From contig JBIJBE010000010.1 in NCBI GenBank assembly GCA_044345405.1, positions 1 to 64,000 of the forward strand: a DNA stretch of 64,000 nt. The letters run 5' to 3'. A model generated the notes under the pieces. The model had not been told where the DNA came from, searched no databases, and saw nothing but the letters and a program-made list of their open reading frames with translations. Below, one piece after another: positions 58,545 to 64,000 of the stretch. Positions within the stretch are counted from its first letter, which is position 1. The number at the start of each line of letters is the position of its first letter. The stretch is from Bdellovibrionota bacterium (GTDB lineage: Bacteria > Bdellovibrionota_C > UBA2361 > OMII01). A program made the translations under genes and the position numbers.

Positions 58545-59629
58545 TCGGCGTCATCATCCTTTGAACGTTTATCTCGAAGCCCTTGCAGGAGGAGGAAATC
58601 GGAGAGTCGGTCGTGTACGAGGAGTCCTATAAATTCCCCCTTTTGCGTGACGATCAGAACGGGCGTGCCCGTTTCCTCAAGCGTGGTGAATGCGGCGGAG
58701 AGGGGGGACTCTACGTCGATGGTTGGAACCTCCTGGAGGATAATTGAACCGAGGTACTCGTCGGGCTGCGTGGCGGCGTGCTCAAGGATGTCATCACGGT
58801 GGATGATTCCGATGACTTTATCACCGTGCATGACGGGATAGAGGGGCTGAAGCGAGGTTAGGGCGGTTCTCAGTGCCTTTGATACCGTTGTTCCATGTGT
58901 GAAGGTTTCGAGACGCCCTCGGGGAATCATGGCGTCGCGAACCGTAAACGCGACCGCGACGATCCGAGCTTCGGCTCGCACGTATTCTTGCACAGCTCCA
59001 AAGAAGATGATGAAAGCGATAACGAGGAGCATCGGTTGCTCAAGCGCGATGGCCGCGATTCCCATCAGAAGACAGATGCCCTGACTCAGCCGAGCCGCCA
59101 CTCTCGTCGGCTGTTTGACGCGGAGAAGACTCAATACCGCGCGCGCTACACGCCCACCATCCATGGGAAGGGCTGGTAAGAGATTGAACACAGCGATGGC
59201 GATATTGGTGATGAAGAGACGATCGAGCAACGTGAGGGTTGTGAGGTCCCTGTTCACGAGAGACCCGATGTCGGTCCACGGATAGAGTCCGGCCGCTATA
59301 ACGAGGTTCGTGATGGGTCCCACGATAGAGATGAAGAGCTCACCCTTAGGGGTGGGCTGGGCCATAATCGAGGCGATCCCTCCGAAGGGGTATAAGGTGA
59401 TCTCCTTGGTTTGAATGCCGAACCTTTTCGCCATCAGCGCGTGGGAGAGTTCGTGAGCGAGAACGCAGGTGAAAACGAGGATGACAAAACCCGCCTCTTT
59501 CATGGGCGATGGGGCTGCCGTTCCAAACGCGAGCCACACAAGAAGAAAGAGAAAGGTGACGTGGACTCGGATAGGTATCGAGGCAATAGTTCCCATCTCA
59601 AGGGACCATGCGGAGCGTTTTGGATTCAT
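58526..59629 (-). CDS. Site-2 (M50) zinc protease with CBS pair
   Basis: HELSH, GPITN, FNLLPALPMDGGR, C-terminal CBS domains. Confidence 0.93.
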   Translation of the reverse strand: MNPKRSAWSLEMGTIASIPIRVHVTFLFLLVWLAFGTAAPSPMKEAGFVILVFTCVLAHELSHALMAKRFGIQTKEITLYPFGGIASIMAQPTPKGELFISIVGPITNLVIAAGLYPWTDIGSLVNRDLTTLTLLDRLFITNIAIAVFNLLPALPMDGGRVARAVLSLLRVKQPTRVAARLSQGICLLMGIAAIALEQPMLLVIAFIIFFGAVQEYVRAEARIVAVAFTVRDAMIPRGRLETFTHGTTVSKALRTALTSLQPLYPVMHGDKVIGIIHRDDILEHAATQPDEYLGSIILQEVPTIDVESPLSAAFTTLEETGTPVLIVTQKGEFIGLLVHDRLSDFLLLQGLRDKRSKDDDAEWSTPL

Positions 59630-59972
59630 GAGGTTCTCCTTGGTGCGCGATGCTACACGGAATCTGAGTGAATGTGTACTGGGTGCCTTCGCCCGGTAAG
59701 GGGCATGTTCTCGTTATCTTTCCAAATCTTAGGCGAGATAGGGGGTGCGCTCCCACATACCACCGTCCAGCCTGGAGCGGTACAAACCGTCAAGCTCAGA
59801 GACCTAACGTCGTCAGTTCACGGGGTGTCTGAGATAGCCGGGATACTCCACCTATTTTCTCTCAACCGCGCCGATAGGGGTTTTTGACCTTATGGGGGTA
59901 AGTGGTAGGATTCCAACGTCTTGTTGGGATGGGCGAGAGATCCCGACGAGGAACGTCATCGTAGAGGGCACT

Positions 59973-61256
59973 ATGGTTCAGGAGAGAGTTGCTGTTGTTG
60001 GCTTGGGGTATGTTGGTCTTCCTCTGGCTTTAGCGCTCGGTCGCGCGTTTAAGGATACGGTGGGGCTCGATGTGAGCTCATCAAAGATACGTATGCTCCA
60101 GGAGGGGAAGGACCCCACCTTCGAGGGGCTGGAGCCTGAGATTCAAAACTCTACGATTACCTTCACGACCGACCCCGCTCTCTTGAAGGAATGCGATGTC
60201 GTTATCGTCGCGGTGCCGACCCCGATTGATGAGAATCGACAACCTGATCTCAGCGCGCTGACAAAGGCGAGCATCGCTGTCGCGCAAAATCTTAAGAAGG
60301 GGGCTGTCGTTGTGTATGAGTCCACGGTGTATCCGGGACTCACGGAGGATGTGTGTGGCGAGATCCTCAAGAAGGAATCCGGTCTGCGTCGAGGAGTTGA
60401 TTTCTTCCTCGGCTACTCTCCCGAGCGCATCAATCCTGGTGACAAGGAACACACCCTTGAGAGTATCGTCAAAGTGGTCGCTGGAGAAGATGAGGCGACG
60501 ACCGAGCGAATCGCGAAGGTATACGGCGCCGTCGTGAAGGCTGGTCTTCACCGCGCTCCGTCGATCCGCGTAGCCGAGGCCGCGAAGGTTATTGAGAATA
60601 CGCAACGTGACCTTAATATCGCGCTGATGAACGAGCTCGCGTTGATCTTTGATCGAATGGGATTACGAACCAAGGATGTCCTAGAGGCGGCGGGGACGAA
60701 GTGGAACTTTCTCAAGTTTTCACCGGGGCTTGTTGGCGGACACTGCATCGGCGTTGACCCGTACTACCTCACCGCGAAGGCGCAGCAGCTCGGTTATCAC
60801 CCCCAGGTTATCCTCGCGGGTCGTCGCATCAATGATGACATGGGGAAGTTCATCGCGCAGCGATTGGTGAAGCTTATGATTCACGCTGGCATGCCGCTTA
60901 AGGGTTCTCGCGTGGGGATCCTCGGAGTGACCTTCAAGGAGAACGTGACCGATATTCGAAACAGTAGAGTTCCGGACATCGCGCGCGAGCTTGAGGAGTT
61001 TGGAATTGAGGCGCTCATTCACGATCCCCTCGCGGATGGAAAGCATGTTGAGCACGAGTACGGGATGCGATTATACGACTGGGACTCCCTAAATGGTGTC
61101 AACGGATTGGTGTACGCCGTTCCTCACGATACCTTCCGTCAGATGACGGGGCAGCGCATGGCGAATCTTCTTACCAAGGGGGGTGTTTTCGTTGATGTCA
61201 AATCGTCGCTGAAGCCCTCCGATGTTCCGAGCCATGTGTCCTATTGGAGTTTATAG
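59973..61256 (+). CDS. UDP-N-acetylhexosamine dehydrogenase (WbpO/TviB-like)
   Basis: GLGYVGLP, YESTVYPG, SPERINPGD, GLVGGHCIGVDPYY; ATG 59973. Confidence 0.93.
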   Translation: MVQERVAVVGLGYVGLPLALALGRAFKDTVGLDVSSSKIRMLQEGKDPTFEGLEPEIQNSTITFTTDPALLKECDVVIVAVPTPIDENRQPDLSALTKASIAVAQNLKKGAVVVYESTVYPGLTEDVCGEILKKESGLRRGVDFFLGYSPERINPGDKEHTLESIVKVVAGEDEATTERIAKVYGAVVKAGLHRAPSIRVAEAAKVIENTQRDLNIALMNELALIFDRMGLRTKDVLEAAGTKWNFLKFSPGLVGGHCIGVDPYYLTAKAQQLGYHPQVILAGRRINDDMGKFIAQRLVKLMIHAGMPLKGSRVGILGVTFKENVTDIRNSRVPDIARELEEFGIEALIHDPLADGKHVEHEYGMRLYDWDSLNGVNGLVYAVPHDTFRQMTGQRMANLLTKGGVFVDVKSSLKPSDVPSHVSYWSL

Positions 61257-61258
61257 AG

Positions 61259-62278
61259 ATGTCAGAGACGTTATCGCCGCAGCGTAGTTGGCTCGTTACC
61301 GGAGCCGCTGGATTTATTGGCTCGCACCTGGTTGAGACCCTCCTTAAGAGGGGACAGCGGGTGGTTGGGATCGATAACTTCTCAACGGGTAAGCGAGAGA
61401 ACATCGACTACCTTAGGGAAACGGCGGATCCAGAGCATCGACAGCTCTTCACCTTTTTTGAGCAAGATATCCGAGATCGAGATGGGCTCACCGATCTTGT
61501 GAAACGTCACACCCCTGATGTGATTCTGCACCAAGCCGCGCTTGGTTCGGTGCCGCGTTCTATCTCTGATCCGATCGCCTCGCACCAATCGAACGTGGAC
61601 GGGTTCGTAAACATGCTTGAGGCGGCCCGTCTCTCGAATGTGAAGCGATTTGTGTACGCCTCTTCCAGCTCCGTGTACGGCGATATCACCGATAGCTCGA
61701 AGGTTGAATCCCGTATCGGAAATTGTCTCTCGCCGTACGCGGTGACGAAGCGGTGCAATGAGCTCTACGCGCAGGTGTTCGGTCGTACCTACGGGATGGA
61801 GACGATCGGACTTCGATATTTTAACGTGTTCGGACCTCGCCAAGATCCCAAGGGTCCGTACGCCGCGGTGATTCCTCGGTGGCTTGAGGCTATCCGCGCG
61901 GGTGACCAGGCGGTGATGTACGGAGATGGAAGTACCTCGCGAGACTTCTGCTTCGTGCGTAACGTTGTCCAAGCGAACATCCTCGCGGGAACCGTTGAGT
62001 CGGGAAGCGCCGCTGTGAATGGGGTCGTGAATATCGCTTGTGGCGCTACGACCTCTTTGAAGAAGCTGTTCGGACTCCTGCGGGATGAAGCCGCTCGGGT
62101 GAAGGGGGTCGATGTCGCGAAGATACCGTTGCCCACCGAGGAGCCGTTCCGAAAGGGGGATATCCTTCACTCCCTCGCGGATATCTCTCTTGCCCGAAGC
62201 GCCTTAGGATACGAGCCAACCCACTCCGTAGAGCAGGGGATCGGTGAGCTCGTCGCCTGGTTCATGTCCCAGGGGTGA
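61259..62278 (+). CDS. UDP-GlcNAc(A) 4-epimerase (WbpP/TviC-like)
   Basis: WLVTGAAGFIGS, HQAALGSVPRS, SPYAVTK, LRYFNVFGPRQDP.GPYAAVIPRW. Confidence 0.93.
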   Translation: MSETLSPQRSWLVTGAAGFIGSHLVETLLKRGQRVVGIDNFSTGKRENIDYLRETADPEHRQLFTFFEQDIRDRDGLTDLVKRHTPDVILHQAALGSVPRSISDPIASHQSNVDGFVNMLEAARLSNVKRFVYASSSSVYGDITDSSKVESRIGNCLSPYAVTKRCNELYAQVFGRTYGMETIGLRYFNVFGPRQDPKGPYAAVIPRWLEAIRAGDQAVMYGDGSTSRDFCFVRNVVQANILAGTVESGSAAVNGVVNIACGATTSLKKLFGLLRDEAARVKGVDVAKIPLPTEEPFRKGDILHSLADISLARSALGYEPTHSVEQGIGELVAWFMSQG

Positions 62279-62500
62279 CCTGGGCGTTTCGGGCCGATTT
62301 GGCACAGGAGAACGGGGGTTCTGAGCGATACTGAAAGCGCATCCCAGTAAAATCAGCCGGTTGTCTTCTCGGTTCACGCCTCACCTTTTGCGAAGATACA
62401 CGGTTTTTGGTACATTTGCGGCATGGTCCGACCTTCGGAGCATAACCTTTTTGTCGTACTTTGAGTTTTTACCCTGGGCTTATTTCCGAGAGGGGGATGT

Positions 62501-63235
62501 GTGAGTATCTCTGTTTTATCTTCGTGCGAGGCGTCTGATAACGCGCATGCCAACGAGGTAGTCTCTCCGTTTACTAATCCATCGGTCGCGTTCACCCTCG
62601 TGTCTGAAGAGGATGTGAAGGATTTCCAGCTTCATCCCCTTGAGCAAGAGGCTCTGGGAGACGCGGTATCTCTCAAGCGCAAGCAAGATTTCATCCTCGG
62701 TCGCGCGGCAGCTCGTAAGAGCCTCTCCGCTATCGGATTTCCTGTTGTGTCTCCGGTTCTCCGTGGGGAGCAGCGTGAGCCGCTCTGGCCAGTAGGTGTC
62801 GTTGGTTCAATCTCTCACAGTGGTGCGTACGGCGTCGCTGTAGCGGCGTGGCAACAGGACGTGCCGGCGCTCGGCATCGATATTCAAAAAGTAGAGGAGC
62901 GATACACCGACGAGTTGATCGCTCGCTTCGCTGATCCTGATGAGTTCGACTGGGTTCGTTCCGACCCCGCTAAGCGCACCGAGAGAGCTGTGAAGCTCTT
63001 CTCCGCTAAGGAGAGTATCTTCAAAGCTCTCTACGTTCTCCGTCGTGTATGGTTTGCCTTTGATGTAGCGCACCTTACGCCAAAGGAGTGCGAGGCCGGT
63101 TTCCACGCCTCCGTTCGCCTTCCAGCCCTCTCAACGGGCGTTGTTAACCTCGAGGTAGGGGTGAGCTCCTTCAATGGATACATCATCACAGGCGCGTGGC
63201 TCTCGAACCCGGTGCAGTTCACGACGGGGGAGTAG
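62501..63235 (+). CDS. 4'-phosphopantetheinyl transferase (EntD/Sfp-type)
   Basis: F.LGRAAAR, PLWP.GVVGSISHS, LGIDIQ, FSAKESIFKA; start uncertain. Confidence 0.9.
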   Translation: MSISVLSSCEASDNAHANEVVSPFTNPSVAFTLVSEEDVKDFQLHPLEQEALGDAVSLKRKQDFILGRAAARKSLSAIGFPVVSPVLRGEQREPLWPVGVVGSISHSGAYGVAVAAWQQDVPALGIDIQKVEERYTDELIARFADPDEFDWVRSDPAKRTERAVKLFSAKESIFKALYVLRRVWFAFDVAHLTPKECEAGFHASVRLPALSTGVVNLEVGVSSFNGYIITGAWLSNPVQFTTGE

Positions 63236-63326
63236 GCCCCTGTCGAGCATTTTAACCGGCGCTTGTGTGCGCATGGTAGTGTTCGTGCCTAGCGTAGCGT
63301 AACTCTGGCTGTCCTCCGTGACTTTT

Positions 63327-63395
63327 CGGCGACCAGGAATGGTCGCCCTCCGGACGTGCGACCCCTGTTTGGGAGGACGCTCATTTCTGAGCGCC
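63327..63395. repeat. REP-like cluster 6 (A-, degenerate variant+)
   Basis: Inverted A at 63327-63352; GGGAGGACGCTCATTTCTGAGCGCC at 63371. Confidence 0.85.
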
Positions 63396-63470
63396 ATGTG
63401 ATTGCGTGCCGTGATGTGGAGTGAGTAAGAGGAATAAGAAGCGAGCAGAGAGCACAACAAAGCCGTAAAG

Positions 63471-63515
63471 AGATGCCCGGTGGAGGATTCGAGAAACGAA
63501 CTCCACCGGGCATCT
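63471..63515 (-). terminator. Long hairpin downstream of the Pro-rich gene
   Basis: Perfect 15-bp stem AGATGCCCGGTGGAG/CTCCACCGGGCATCT; weak U tract. Confidence 0.55.
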
Positions 63516-63545
63516 TTGCAACCTCACCACACCATCACACCCTCA

Positions 63546-63866
63546 TCAACGATGACGATGCGCATGACCGTGGTAGTGATAGTGCCCGTACGGACGCCCA
63601 AAGCCGAAGCCAAAGCTTACGACCGGGGGCGCATAGTACACGGGTGGACCGTATACTACGACGGGTGCTGGCGGCGCGACGTAGACCGGAGCCGGTGCAT
63701 AGTACACCGGAGCCGGAACCACATACTGCACAGGGGGAGCCTGCACCACGATCGGGGCGGGGGCCACATAGACTGGCGACCCGAATCCGATCGAGAAGCT
63801 CACCTGCGCGGACGCGGATGAGCTCGACGCAACCATAAGAACCACAGCACTGAGGAACTTACTCAT
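63546..63866 (-). CDS. Secreted Pro/Val/Tyr-rich repeat protein with a His-rich tail
   Basis: Signal peptide, (P)VYVAPAP repeats, GHYHYHGHAHRHR; AGGAGGT RBS. Confidence 0.85.
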   Translation of the reverse strand: MSKFLSAVVLMVASSSSASAQVSFSIGFGSPVYVAPAPIVVQAPPVQYVVPAPVYYAPAPVYVAPPAPVVVYGPPVYYAPPVVSFGFGFGRPYGHYHYHGHAHRHR

Positions 63867-64000
63867 TGTTTTTCACCTCCTTCCTAGCACTGCTTTCCAA
63901 GCCAAGCGCGCTCTCACACGAGGACGCGCTCGTCATGCCTAGCGATGCCGCGAAACAACCTCGATGGATCGTGCCGCGGCATCGCTAAGATAAAACCTCT

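Noticed and set aside
62501-63235. Secondary-metabolite cluster around the PPTase
   Set aside because: No NRPS/PKS/ACP genes in the window
63473-63838. Plus-strand ORFs 63473-63838 and 63480-63821
   Set aside because: Antisense shadows of the Pro-rich gene, which has the RBS and signal peptide

Overview
Core chromosome of a Gram-negative bacterium, probably deltaproteobacteria-like (inferred from the Zn-type uS4, Tol-Pal, LptE, LpxL and a TIGR02996-like protein). 1-17.8 kb is the str/S10/spc/alpha ribosomal supercluster (fusA partial, tuf to rplQ). It lacks rpsN, map and infA, and encodes an EF-Tu with a rewritten switch I. The rest is housekeeping (fabI, lptE, rpsT, dcd, ispH, tpiA, gap, tolQRAB-pal-cpoB, ribF, rluD, pgeF, polyprenyl synthase, tRNA-Glu, queG, lpxL-like, wbpO/wbpP-like, PPTase) with small accessory modules in between. 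Best leads: (1) an operon encoding an HD phosphodiesterase-like domain fused to a degenerate SAM-methyltransferase domain plus a CRP-family regulator with an atypical nucleotide pocket, preceded by a near-perfect CRP box and followed by a TIGR02996/LRR-like protein and a photolyase; (2) a porin / FMN-binding protein / His-containing membrane protein / ApbE flavinylation operon; (3) a family of 14 GGAG-tagged REP-like palindromes in 6 intergenic clusters with compensatory stem changes; (4) a long structured pal leader. No CRISPR array, transposase, integrase or rRNA was seen. All product calls come from reading motifs by eye; no database search was run.
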